This document shows positions 8,583 to 18,850 of a stretch of 64,000 bases of DNA, piece after piece. The DNA is from Microcoleus sp. Its GTDB lineage: Bacteria > Cyanobacteriota > Cyanobacteriia > Cyanobacteriales > Microcoleaceae. How positions within the stretch are numbered: position 1 is the first letter of the stretch; each line of letters opens with the position of its first letter. Made by a program: the position numbers and the translations under genes. The notes beneath the pieces are model-generated. The model ran no database searches. It saw nothing but the letters and a program-made list of their open reading frames with translations, and was not told the origin of the DNA. The stretch lies in assembly GCA_052279835.1 (NCBI GenBank), contig CP181291.1, positions 2,848,001 through 2,912,000 of the forward strand, given 5' to 3'.

Positions 8583-11500
8583 TCACCCAACAGCCACCTT
8601 TATAGAAGCACCAACAAACTGCTCATAATCCGTCAACAACCACGAAGGCAAACAGCTATTCGCATCCTCCACCCGCAACTGTCCAGCGCGACAAAACAGC
8701 ATCGCAGCTAACAAATAATTCACAGCTTTAGGTCTTCCAAACCCTTTACTCAACTCAGCAACTAACGAATTAAAAACACCACGTTCCGTTTCATTCAACG
8801 GCTCATTAATAAACCCACTAGCGAGAATTGCTTTATAACCTTTACCAAAATCGCTCCGGTACAAAAGTTCCAGTTGTTCCTCAGAGACACTCAGCCACAA
8901 ATCAGCAATTTGCTTGCGAATTTCCCGCAAATCGGCTAACACTGGTTCAGCCGTATTGTCTATTTTATAAAGATTGATAGCACCAGTTAATCGAGCCAAA
9001 AACTGCGGTAGATAGTCTTCTTTGACTACAGTTTTTTCTGTTTGAGCAAAGGCACTTTCAAAAACCCGGTCATAATCGTCAAACAACCACTTCGGTAAAC
9101 GAGTATTAGCATCGGGAATCCGCATTTTACCAGGCACAAAATACAGCATCGCACCTAACAGAGCATTGATAGCTTGCGGATGCACCAGCCCTTTGCTAAT
9201 TTCAGTCAACTGCTGCAAAAACTGCTGTTCGGCTTCACTCATTGGTTCTGTTTGTAAACCACATCCCAGTATTGCTTGATATGCTTTGCGCACTTCGCCT
9301 TGATACAAAGTTGCCAATTTTTCTGGCCCAACAGTTAGCCAAAAATCAGCCAATTGTCGGCGAAGTTGGCGGAGTTCCAAAACTACCGATGCGTCTGATG
9401 AATCAATGCGGTAGAGATTGACGCATCCTAATAATTGATTGACAAATTGTGGGGATTGAATGTGTTGAGCTAGCAAGTCAGAACTCGATTCGGAATTAAC
9501 AGCGGTTTCTGGTTCAAAAACTTGTTCGTAATCGCCGATTAACCATTGGGGCAAACGGTTCCGAGCTTCAGGAATTCGCATGGTTCCCGGTGGGAAATAC
9601 AGCATGGCTGCCAGCAGGGCATTCATGGCTTGGGGATGTACTAATCCTTTGCTAATCTGGGTTAATTGCTGCAAAAATCTTTGTTCTTCTTCCCTCATTG
9701 GTTGATGTTGAAAGCCGGAGGAAAGCAGGATTTTGTAGTTTTTGCCGGGGTGGCTTTTGTAGGTATTTTCTAGATTGTCAACGGCAACGTTTAGCCAAAA
9801 CTCGGCTATTTCTTTGCGGATTTGACGCAACTCGGAGATGGCTGAGGTGTTTGATGGATTGGTTTGATATAACTGGAGGGTATGGGATAGGCGATCGCCC
9901 AAATCAGCCACTTTGGGAATGCTATCCTGTAGGATGCGGGATGCTGCTTGGTGGCTGGTTTGCCATTTGCCAAACAGTTGTTGAAATAATTGGGCGATCG
10001 CCCCTGAATATGCAACACTATCAAAACAAGCGGGATTGGCTTGCATTTTCTGCTGAATTTCCTGCCGGTACCGCTGCCGCAATTCAGGATTAGTACCGAG
10101 AGTAACGGCTAACTGAATGTAAGAAGCTTCGCTATTAGTAATTAAATCGGGCAGTTGTAATTCCCGCAACATCGCCGCCCCTTGCCGAAACCGCAAAGCA
10201 TTTCCTTCCACAACCACCGTCGGTAATCCTACTTGCAAAGGATCGATTAACGATGTTGCACCCGCATAAGGATAGGAATCGAGATAAACATCTGCTAGCT
10301 GCAAAAACTCTTTCACATCCGCGCGACTAGGCAGTTGTTTTACAAAACACAAACGGTTATTATTGACACCATATTTAGCACAGACAGCTTTCAAATTGTT
10401 GACAAAAGGTGTGGCGGGATAACTGCGAGTCCAAGCCGGGCCAAAGGGATATAAAATCAAGATAGAATCCGGTACTGCTGCTAAAATCTTGACCCAACTT
10501 TCTCTCAATTCCGGCAGAATCTTGTAGAAGTTGGCACCGGATATAAAAACAGTTGTTTTATCGGAAATACCGAGACTTGGGCGGGTAGGCTTAACTGTCG
10601 CCACTTCCGATTCCGTTGCATATTTGAAACAAAAACCGCTGCCTTCCATAACGGCTAATGGTTCGCGATATTGTTCTTGATAGCTGGCATCAGGAACCGT
10701 ATATTTTCCGGCAATGTAGTAATCCATGTGCCTGATTCCCGTGGTAGTCGGGGAACAGAAAGATGTAGTTTGTACCCGCGCCAAACGGTGCATTGCTAGT
10801 GAAACCAAGGGTTTGTTAACAGCAGTTAAATTAGTACCAAAAAACAGGATATCTAAGTCATCGGCGCGAATTGTTTGGACTTGAGATGCAAAGTCTGTCG
10901 GGAGTGTAACTAGCTTGTCTGCACGACTTTGGCAATACTGTTCTAATGGGTGTCCGTTGGTGTTGAGCGCATAGAGAATAATCTCGAATTGGTCGCGGTT
11001 TAAATGCTCGAAAACCGGGATTGTAGCGAAGGTTTCGGTTTGGGGTGTGAAATGGTCGTTGATGATGCCGAGGCGGATTTTGGTTCGATTTGGCGATCGC
11101 CCTGGGAAGATACAATCAATAGAACTCCCGCGATTTTTTAGCGAAAACTCGATAATTTCTGCCCGTTTGGTGTAAAGTTCCCGCAGGTTAGCCGTTGTGA
11201 AGTACAGCGGGATAAAGTTAGCAGCTTGGGAGAAAAATAAAGCAATATTTTGCCAAAGTTGTGCTTCGGGATTGTTGAAAATATTGCTATGAATGTAATT
11301 CACCCAATCCTGGATGAATTGATAGTAATTTTCTGCTTCTCCTACTGTTTGAAATAAACTGGGAGAAGCAAACATAAATTTGAGATACTCGTTGGCAAAC
11401 CAGTTGGGAATTTGAGCGCGATCGTACTTAAGTGGCAATTGATCTGCGCGTCGGTACAGCATGGCTGCTAGCAGGTAATTAATAGCTTTGGGGTCATTAA

Positions 11501-14500
11501 ATCCTTTAGCAATATATGCTGTTAGTTCACTGACAAAAGCCTCTTCTGTGTCGGTTAGCGGTTCATCTTTAATTTCGCTATTTAGCAGTGATTGGTGCAC
11601 TTTTCCTGCCTCACCTGCATAGGCACTTGCAAGCTGTTCGGCAGTTAAATTCAGCCAATTTTCTGCAATTTGTTTTCTAACTCTGCGGGCATTTTCTAGG
11701 AGATTTGGATTTGCCGAATTTTTCTGATATTGCTCAATAATGCTTGACAAAGAAGCTTGACTCTGAGTCGAAATAGCAGGTAATTGCTGTTTGCTACCAC
11801 AGGCTTGTATCAAAGCATCACTAACTATTTTTGCCATTTTTGACCAAGAGAAGTTTTTAGCTTGTTCCAAACCAGCAGAAATTAATGATTGGCGAATCTC
11901 AGGCTTTTGAACTTCAATTAGTGCCTGTTTCAATCCTTCAACATCTTCTGAGTTGACATATAACGCTGCTTGAGCTGCCACTTCAGGAATTGAGCTATTT
12001 TTACAGGCAATCACTGGACATCCGCAGGCGATCGCTTCCAGAATTGGCAATCCAAAACCTTCATATTTTGATGTTTGAACTAATGCTATAGCACCGAAAT
12101 AAGCGCTTTTTAACTCGTTGTCGCTCAGTTTTAGTAGGTGAAAGTTGATGTCAGAAGTGTATGCTTTTAACTCTGTTTCTAATACGGAGTTACCGCCTAC
12201 GCAGACCATTTCAAATTCATGTTTCCTGTCTAATTGAGCAAAGGCTTTGAAAAACAATAGAGCATTTTTATAACCGTTAAATCCGATGCGATCGCCAACC
12301 CACAAAAAATACGGTTTTGAGATGCCGTATTTCATCTTAAATTGATTCACTTCGACAAAGGTTAAGGGCGAAAATCCTTTGTCAATGCCACAATGGGCTA
12401 CTGTTACCGACTCACGAGAAATTTCAGGAAAGCATTTTACTAAATCGCGGGCAGTATTTTCCGAAATCGCTATGTATGCAGAAGCGTGACGAATACCATG
12501 ATATTTTTCTGTCCACATTGGGTTAGCTAGATTAGCTCCCATGACTTCTGGAATCATGTCATAAGCCATGAATACAGATGGTGTCGAGCGCGGTGTGGTA
12601 TAGTAAGTGGAAATAAACAAATCCGCTTGTTCTTCATCGCAGATTTGCTGCAACATTTCGCGATCGCCTTCCGTATTACTATAGTCATAAGCTGGGACTT
12701 GCCGATAATCGATCCCGGCAATTTTGGGAAAAGTTCCATTGCGATCGAGTACGAGGATGTGCTGGCTGAAACTCTGAGTTGCCCATTCTGTAATTAATGA
12801 TTGCCAGACACGGGTAATTCCAGACTTGTGAATCTGAAACATTACGCCGTCAATGATAATTTTTAGCGCAGGTTTCGCTTCTGTATTACTCGGTTTTTGT
12901 GCATTTTCACTAGATAAGAATACAGCCGGAAGTAAGTTAATTACTTTGGCAGAGGTGCTACATTTCAATCCTTCTTTAATTTGGGCGATCGCTGAATTTT
13001 GCTCTCCTTTAGCAATCATGGAATGCGCCATTTTCAAAGCTTCTATCGCATAATGTTCTCTCGCCTGATTTGATAATTCCTCAGCACTCTCTTTTGGTAA
13101 ATAGGATTGAGAGATTACGATCGCCTTTCTAGCCTCTGCAATATTTTCACCGGCTTGAAACAAGCGAGATGTCCATGATGAAGAGTTCATCCGCGTACAA
13201 GCAAAAGTTTGAGGCTCATACCACATCCGATAATACACTGCAATTCGCTTCCACATTTCCCAATCAGCCGCAGCACCAGCCTGGGGGCAAAATCCACCCA
13301 ACTCCTCATAAACGCTACGCTTAACTACCATAGAAGCCGCCGCAATCCAAGAATACACAGCCAGTTTTTTGATCCAGTCAGTTAAAATACCAGCAGTTTC
13401 CCTTTCCAAAGGTGATAACCATAAAGGCGCATTTTCTTCATTAACATGGAGACAGCGACAGAAAGCAGCACCAATTGTTAATTGTTTTTCTATTGATTCC
13501 CGAAGGCTGCTATAAAATCCAGGCTTGACAAAATCATCATCGTGCAGAATGTGCACCCATTCACCGCGTGCTTGCTGAATGCAAATATTAAAAATGGCAG
13601 TTTGGCCAACATTAGTTTCAGAATGCCGATAAAACTTTATGCGATCGCCAGCCACTTTTTTGATAATTGCTGCTATCTCAGCTTGAACTGACTGACTCGG
13701 ATGATCGTTGACAACTTCAATCTGCATTTCATCGGGAAATGGAGCTTGTTCAATAACACTCCTGAGCGTTTGTTCTAGATATTTTTCCTTCAGATTATAG
13801 GTCGGTATCATCACCGACCAAAAAGGTCTTTTATTGCTTGGCGAGACAGGCGAAATTGTCGGAAATTCAAATTCAGAAGATGCTTTCATGGTCAAGTTTT
13901 GATGTGATAAAGCCAATTGGCGCGAATCCGAGCCTGAAATCAACTGTTGTAATAACTGAGTATAATTTTCATCAGTAATTAACATAATATTTTGAGGCTG
14001 GTCTGTTTTGGTCAACAACTCAGTTTTGACAAAGGTTTTGAGCTGTTCGTGCCAGCCGTATCGCTCGGCGGTATATAATAGCGATCGCGCCGCTTTAACA
14101 TACTGCTCATTTTGCAATAGAGCCTGACGAATCAAGGTTAAATAGAAGTCAAAATGAAGCGGAATTTGTTGGTTAAATCGGCTTCGCGCTGCGGAAAATC
14201 CTTGAATCAGAGCAGTGTAAGCACATTCAACTACCTGTTCAATTGGGCAAGCCGTCATTTCTAAAACTTGCTCCGATGACTGTTGCGAATATTCCAAATC
14301 GTGGGCGATCGAAGCATATACTGATGTAGATGCTAGCAACAACTGAATCATCGGTAATGGTTTGGCCCAATCTGTTAATGCTATCTGGGTTACGCCACTC
14401 GAACAGCCAATTAAAAGAGAGCAATACTTAGTTAACTCCGCATTTTCCCGTAGCGTCAACACACTACCATCAATAATACGTGTATCTCCTGTGGTAATTT

Positions 14501-15404
14501 TAATGTGAGATGACAGAATAATAGTGCAATCGGGTAAGCGAGACAGTAGCCATCGAGCAACAGACAAAGCGTATTCTGGCTTCACAAAAGACTGACTGCT
14601 ACTACTCGTATACTCGAATAAAATTACATGACTGCGTTTCAGTAAATTGTGCTGTTCAGCAAAATTGCGAACTCTTTCAATCTCATCACTTCGGAGACGC
14701 AGAATATTCTGAATCGGCACCGTAATCGGCTTGGGATAGCCTCGAAACAGAGAGGCTTTAGTAGTTCCATCATAATTTTGATAGTTGTTCGGGCTCACCT
14801 GCGTCAAAAATACTTCATCAAATTCGCCGCGACTGAGGCGCACCTGTACCTCTTTTTCCAGGTCATACCAAGCAGCCACAATTTCCGACCAATTCCTAGC
14901 AGCAACTTCCCAAATTTCATCAACAAATGGATTACCTTCTATCATACTTCGGCACATTGATGAAATTGCCCAAGTCAAATGACAATTAGGATAATCATGC
15001 TTGATTTGTCTCGCCAAGGTAGTTGCATGAAGACAATCTCCATTTGAGCCAAGTTGTGCCAACAAAATGCGCTGACCGGAATTATTTTGTGGGAATTCAG
15101 CAGTGAAAAAACCTGACCAAGAACGTTCAGTTTGCCAACGTGGTATCTCAGCTTCCAGAGATTTCGCGCTGCCATCCACAACCACAACTTGGTCAATGTC
15201 AGGATTATTTTGCAGCAACATCTCACCTTCCCCAGTAGTGAACCATGTAATTATGCAGTTTGGTTCGCTATTTTTGAGATTTTTTGCTGCGGGCAGATGC
15301 GACAATATTTCCTGTGGCTTAAAAAATGCAAAACCGTAATGCTTGTGCATCGATGTATAGGGGTAAGAAGCTGGCTGAGATAATCGTTTAATCATGGAAA
15401 TCAC
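8583..15404 (-). CDS. Giant multidomain glycosyltransferase (GT9-like + GT2 + GT4 + GT41/OGT-HMW1C-like + helical repeats)
   Basis: GDCLHATT...GNPFVDEIWEV; SVMIPTYN...ILHDDD; EGFGLPILEA; RLARVQ...PTTTG...DYY and DVYLDSYPYAG. Confidence 0.88.
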   Translation of the reverse strand: MISMIKRLSQPASYPYTSMHKHYGFAFFKPQEILSHLPAAKNLKNSEPNCIITWFTTGEGEMLLQNNPDIDQVVVVDGSAKSLEAEIPRWQTERSWSGFFTAEFPQNNSGQRILLAQLGSNGDCLHATTLARQIKHDYPNCHLTWAISSMCRSMIEGNPFVDEIWEVAARNWSEIVAAWYDLEKEVQVRLSRGEFDEVFLTQVSPNNYQNYDGTTKASLFRGYPKPITVPIQNILRLRSDEIERVRNFAEQHNLLKRSHVILFEYTSSSSQSFVKPEYALSVARWLLSRLPDCTIILSSHIKITTGDTRIIDGSVLTLRENAELTKYCSLLIGCSSGVTQIALTDWAKPLPMIQLLLASTSVYASIAHDLEYSQQSSEQVLEMTACPIEQVVECAYTALIQGFSAARSRFNQQIPLHFDFYLTLIRQALLQNEQYVKAARSLLYTAERYGWHEQLKTFVKTELLTKTDQPQNIMLITDENYTQLLQQLISGSDSRQLALSHQNLTMKASSEFEFPTISPVSPSNKRPFWSVMIPTYNLKEKYLEQTLRSVIEQAPFPDEMQIEVVNDHPSQSVQAEIAAIIKKVAGDRIKFYRHSETNVGQTAIFNICIQQARGEWVHILHDDDFVKPGFYSSLRESIEKQLTIGAAFCRCLHVNEENAPLWLSPLERETAGILTDWIKKLAVYSWIAAASMVVKRSVYEELGGFCPQAGAAADWEMWKRIAVYYRMWYEPQTFACTRMNSSSWTSRLFQAGENIAEARKAIVISQSYLPKESAEELSNQAREHYAIEALKMAHSMIAKGEQNSAIAQIKEGLKCSTSAKVINLLPAVFLSSENAQKPSNTEAKPALKIIIDGVMFQIHKSGITRVWQSLITEWATQSFSQHILVLDRNGTFPKIAGIDYRQVPAYDYSNTEGDREMLQQICDEEQADLFISTYYTTPRSTPSVFMAYDMIPEVMGANLANPMWTEKYHGIRHASAYIAISENTARDLVKCFPEISRESVTVAHCGIDKGFSPLTFVEVNQFKMKYGISKPYFLWVGDRIGFNGYKNALLFFKAFAQLDRKHEFEMVCVGGNSVLETELKAYTSDINFHLLKLSDNELKSAYFGAIALVQTSKYEGFGLPILEAIACGCPVIACKNSSIPEVAAQAALYVNSEDVEGLKQALIEVQKPEIRQSLISAGLEQAKNFSWSKMAKIVSDALIQACGSKQQLPAISTQSQASLSSIIEQYQKNSANPNLLENARRVRKQIAENWLNLTAEQLASAYAGEAGKVHQSLLNSEIKDEPLTDTEEAFVSELTAYIAKGFNDPKAINYLLAAMLYRRADQLPLKYDRAQIPNWFANEYLKFMFASPSLFQTVGEAENYYQFIQDWVNYIHSNIFNNPEAQLWQNIALFFSQAANFIPLYFTTANLRELYTKRAEIIEFSLKNRGSSIDCIFPGRSPNRTKIRLGIINDHFTPQTETFATIPVFEHLNRDQFEIILYALNTNGHPLEQYCQSRADKLVTLPTDFASQVQTIRADDLDILFFGTNLTAVNKPLVSLAMHRLARVQTTSFCSPTTTGIRHMDYYIAGKYTVPDASYQEQYREPLAVMEGSGFCFKYATESEVATVKPTRPSLGISDKTTVFISGANFYKILPELRESWVKILAAVPDSILILYPFGPAWTRSYPATPFVNNLKAVCAKYGVNNNRLCFVKQLPSRADVKEFLQLADVYLDSYPYAGATSLIDPLQVGLPTVVVEGNALRFRQGAAMLRELQLPDLITNSEASYIQLAVTLGTNPELRQRYRQEIQQKMQANPACFDSVAYSGAIAQLFQQLFGKWQTSHQAASRILQDSIPKVADLGDRLSHTLQLYQTNPSNTSAISELRQIRKEIAEFWLNVAVDNLENTYKSHPGKNYKILLSSGFQHQPMREEEQRFLQQLTQISKGLVHPQAMNALLAAMLYFPPGTMRIPEARNRLPQWLIGDYEQVFEPETAVNSESSSDLLAQHIQSPQFVNQLLGCVNLYRIDSSDASVVLELRQLRRQLADFWLTVGPEKLATLYQGEVRKAYQAILGCGLQTEPMSEAEQQFLQQLTEISKGLVHPQAINALLGAMLYFVPGKMRIPDANTRLPKWLFDDYDRVFESAFAQTEKTVVKEDYLPQFLARLTGAINLYKIDNTAEPVLADLREIRKQIADLWLSVSEEQLELLYRSDFGKGYKAILASGFINEPLNETERGVFNSLVAELSKGFGRPKAVNYLLAAMLFCRAGQLRVEDANSCLPSWLLTDYEQFVGASIKVAVG

Positions 15405-15422
15405 TAAATTTAGAGTGTAATT

Positions 15423-16295
15423 TTATACGGTTTCTAGCATCATAGTTGCGAGTTGGCGCAAATCAATCTTGGGATGCCAATCTAGGCTGTGCATTAGCGC
15501 CGGATTGGATACTAATCGCTGATACTCTGGCTGAAAATTTTCCGCCTGCTCTACATAGCCTGTCCAATCCAAACCTAGCTGCGAAAAGCAGATTTCTATC
15601 CAATCTTTTATAGAATGAGTTTTGCCGGAACCGATGACAGCTTCAAAAACATTTTGCTGTTCTACAAGCGTCATAATTCCCTCTGCTACATCACCGGCAA
15701 ACGTCCATTCTTTCTCTACATTAACATCGCCCATCTGAAGTTTTTCCTCAGAGCCATGAGCAATGCGCTTAGCGGCGAGTACAATTTTTTGACTGACATG
15801 ATTTGGCTTTCTGAGAGGGCTTTCATGATGGAATAAATATCCTACATAGGCTTTGATACCCAGAGTTCTGTAATATCGAGCAGCATAAACTGATTGGATT
15901 CGAGCAACGGCATAATGACTACTTGCTTCAAAACAAGTATCTTCAGAAATGGGATTCCCATCATTATGAAACTGAACACCGCTACCTGTAATAAAAACTT
16001 TAGAATTGGCACTATGCTTGTAAACCGCTTCTAAAATATTTAGTGTACCTGTCGAAATTGCTGCATGATTTTCAAACAGCGCATCGTGTCGTGTTGTTGA
16101 TTTAGCAGCTAAGTGAAATACGTAGGTTGGTTGGTATTCTTTTACGAACTCCTCAACCTGTTTGTAGTCAGACACATCGCCACGCATCCAATCTCCCGAT
16201 CGCGATACAGCTATAGGTTGAATTCCTTTAGCTTTGCACAACTGATGGAGATAGTATCCATCTTGTCCGTTAGCACCAAAAATAAGAGCGTTCAC
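15423..16295 (-). CDS. GDP-mannose 4,6-dehydratase-like NAD-dependent SDR
   Basis: GANGQDGYYL, FHLAA, YAVAR (YxxxK variant), LFHHESPLR. Confidence 0.85.
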   Translation of the reverse strand: MNALIFGANGQDGYYLHQLCKAKGIQPIAVSRSGDWMRGDVSDYKQVEEFVKEYQPTYVFHLAAKSTTRHDALFENHAAISTGTLNILEAVYKHSANSKVFITGSGVQFHNDGNPISEDTCFEASSHYAVARIQSVYAARYYRTLGIKAYVGYLFHHESPLRKPNHVSQKIVLAAKRIAHGSEEKLQMGDVNVEKEWTFAGDVAEGIMTLVEQQNVFEAVIGSGKTHSIKDWIEICFSQLGLDWTGYVEQAENFQPEYQRLVSNPALMHSLDWHPKIDLRQLATMMLETV

Positions 16296-18826
16296 AGTTT
16301 ATTTTTCTGAAAAACAAAGGTGGCAAATGTATAACGACATCCTTCATAGATAAAATCGGGGTTCGGACAATCCCACTGCGGAACATCAGGGATAACGCAA
16401 TTTTTCAACAAAGGAAGCAGTCGCTGTTTGAAGTCTTTTTGAGTGTAAAGACGAAAGTCTACGCCCGGAATGCGATCGCCAGGTTTATACTGGTCATTAT
16501 AATCGCACGTTAAAATAGCAACACCTCCCGGTGCAAGAAGTTCAGCAATTTGCATCAAAAACAACTCGTCATTTTCAACGTGTTCAATCACAGATGTTGA
16601 AAAAATAATATCATAGCTCCCTTTGATAGTAGACGGCTTTTGGAAATACACATTCAGATCGCAGTTGATCGCCGGATCGATTTCTTCCAGGTGGTAGCCG
16701 ATTTGTTTCAACGCAGCAGCAGCACTATCTTCATAACTGCCCACGCATAAAATCTTAGGTGTGACGAATTGGGATGCAAATTTTTGCACCGTATCCAATA
16801 TAAAGGCTTGCTGAATATTCGCTGCTGGTATTTTACGCACCATCATCTCAGGAACTAGCGCAAATAACTGATCGATGATAGGTTGGTACTGCGATCGCGC
16901 CGCATCGTCCAAGATCCGATTGAATGATGTTACATTGGGAATCCCAACATCTAAATACCTCTGGCTGTGGGACTTCTGTGGCTTTTCTAATACTTGAGCC
17001 AGTATACGCTCATAATCCAAAATAAAATTAGCTTCGCTCCACTCATTGTAAAATGGCACTAGCGGTGCAATACCGTTATCAACAATTTGTTTCAAGCTAG
17101 AATCTTCTATACAAATTGAAGGCTTTGCTGAAACAATATGTCTGAACATATTGCTTTTTGTAATGGCGATCGGTCTTTTTACAGCCAGCGCATGATCGAT
17201 GGTGCTAGAGATACCACGATTATCATATCTTTCATAAAAAAATGCGTTGACCGTATTTTGTGCCAGAAAATCCAGTAATTGCTCTTGAGTGAGAAAATCG
17301 TGACTTAAACTCAGTTTAATACCAGGCTTGACGATCGCCTGCTGACATCTTTTTGCTATGGCTACTGCTTGACTTCCGTCAGCATCCGCAAAAGTTGCAA
17401 AGGGAATATGCAGCCTAATCAATGCCTCATCATACTCTTGCTGTACAGTAGCAATCACCTTCTCAAATCCTTTTCCTTCCAGTCCAAATCCAAAACTACC
17501 AATTGTTGGGATCTTTGGTAATTTGTGATTATTGGTGTAGGGCAATACAATTCTTCCCGTTTTAAATACAATTGGATTCTTCAGTTCTAAGGTCGGATCT
17601 GGAGCTATATGGTATTGAAAAAGTGAATCATTTGATACATCGGCGATGCGCTGCGTAACTTCATGAATAATGCCTATATGTGGCACATTGATAGATTTAA
17701 GGATAGTGGGATTTACCCAACTTAAGGTCAAGGGATGATAGTTGTAAATAATTGCTACTGGCTTGAGCTTGTTGACCCTCTCCAACAACTCTTCCGAACT
17801 GGAACATTCGGCATATACGAAACAGTATTTAGTTGATTTTTCGAGGGTTTTTGCTATATTTAAACCGTACTGCTGCACGCCGCATTGTTTTTCTTTGTGC
17901 GAAACAATCAAAATTTTATCTGGCAAGTTATCGTTCTCTTTACTTGCTGATGCTGTCTTAAAACTTGATTCCCTAGTCACCAAAATATTTGCTGTTTTAG
18001 CTTCTCCTGTAGATAAGCTAATCTCTTCAACTATCTTGCCCAGCCATTGTTGGAGTTCGGCATAATTCTTGGCATAAACCACCGGATTTTCCAAGTTATC
18101 CCAAAGTTTCTCGGCTAAGTCCCAGCCAACAATGCAACGAGGTTTATATCGATTAATCTCCGTTTGGCAAGCAGCGTTGATAGCGCTTCCTTTCATCAAC
18201 AAACCAATACATTTGTCTCCCATTTGCGACAATTGCTTCAGATTCATGCCGCTGCAATCTACAAGATTTACCGCCGGGGATTTAGGTGGAGCCGAACAGT
18301 AAAAATTGAGTTGAGGAAAATCCGCTGCTATTTGTTTGAGGTGTTCGTTTAAATAAAAATAGCTTTGATTCGAGAAAACTTCCCCGTTTTCTACCAAAAT
18401 ACTGTTGGCTCTAACTTCTATTTCCGGCTCTCTGTGTCCAAAGAAGTTAATCGTGGGGGTGTGAATCGGTATCGGCAGGAGATATTTATGATTCAGTCTG
18501 TACTGATACATCTGGCGATTAAAGGTATGAACGTTATTTTGGTACGTCATACCGTAGAGCTTCAAAATATCATCAAAAACCCCAAACCATGTATTGACAA
18601 ATATGGCATCAGTAGGGCAGTTTGGCGTGGGTTTTGTGCCTTTGTATTCGCCCTCTTGAAAAAAGGCGATCGGCAAATCTAAATCATCCCAAAGATAAGC
18701 AGATACTTCGTCGCACTCTAGGGTGATTTTTACCGCCGGGAAACTAATTCTCACCGCCTGAATGAGGGCTCTTGTCAAAATCACATCGCCGCTCTGAAAA
18801 CTGTTATGAATGAAAAAATGTGTCAT
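16292..18826 (-). CDS. Multidomain protein: two GT-B-like regions plus a C-terminal class I SAM methyltransferase
   Basis: N-term SGDVILTR; central QCGVQQYG and IGSFGFG; C-term LCVGSYED, YDIIFSTSVIEH, LLAPGG. Confidence 0.7.
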   Translation of the reverse strand: MTHFFIHNSFQSGDVILTRALIQAVRISFPAVKITLECDEVSAYLWDDLDLPIAFFQEGEYKGTKPTPNCPTDAIFVNTWFGVFDDILKLYGMTYQNNVHTFNRQMYQYRLNHKYLLPIPIHTPTINFFGHREPEIEVRANSILVENGEVFSNQSYFYLNEHLKQIAADFPQLNFYCSAPPKSPAVNLVDCSGMNLKQLSQMGDKCIGLLMKGSAINAACQTEINRYKPRCIVGWDLAEKLWDNLENPVVYAKNYAELQQWLGKIVEEISLSTGEAKTANILVTRESSFKTASASKENDNLPDKILIVSHKEKQCGVQQYGLNIAKTLEKSTKYCFVYAECSSSEELLERVNKLKPVAIIYNYHPLTLSWVNPTILKSINVPHIGIIHEVTQRIADVSNDSLFQYHIAPDPTLELKNPIVFKTGRIVLPYTNNHKLPKIPTIGSFGFGLEGKGFEKVIATVQQEYDEALIRLHIPFATFADADGSQAVAIAKRCQQAIVKPGIKLSLSHDFLTQEQLLDFLAQNTVNAFFYERYDNRGISSTIDHALAVKRPIAITKSNMFRHIVSAKPSICIEDSSLKQIVDNGIAPLVPFYNEWSEANFILDYERILAQVLEKPQKSHSQRYLDVGIPNVTSFNRILDDAARSQYQPIIDQLFALVPEMMVRKIPAANIQQAFILDTVQKFASQFVTPKILCVGSYEDSAAAALKQIGYHLEEIDPAINCDLNVYFQKPSTIKGSYDIIFSTSVIEHVENDELFLMQIAELLAPGGVAILTCDYNDQYKPGDRIPGVDFRLYTQKDFKQRLLPLLKNCVIPDVPQWDCPNPDFIYEGCRYTFATFVFQKNKL

Positions 18827-18850
18827 AGGTTGATTCTCTTTTGTGTCGGC

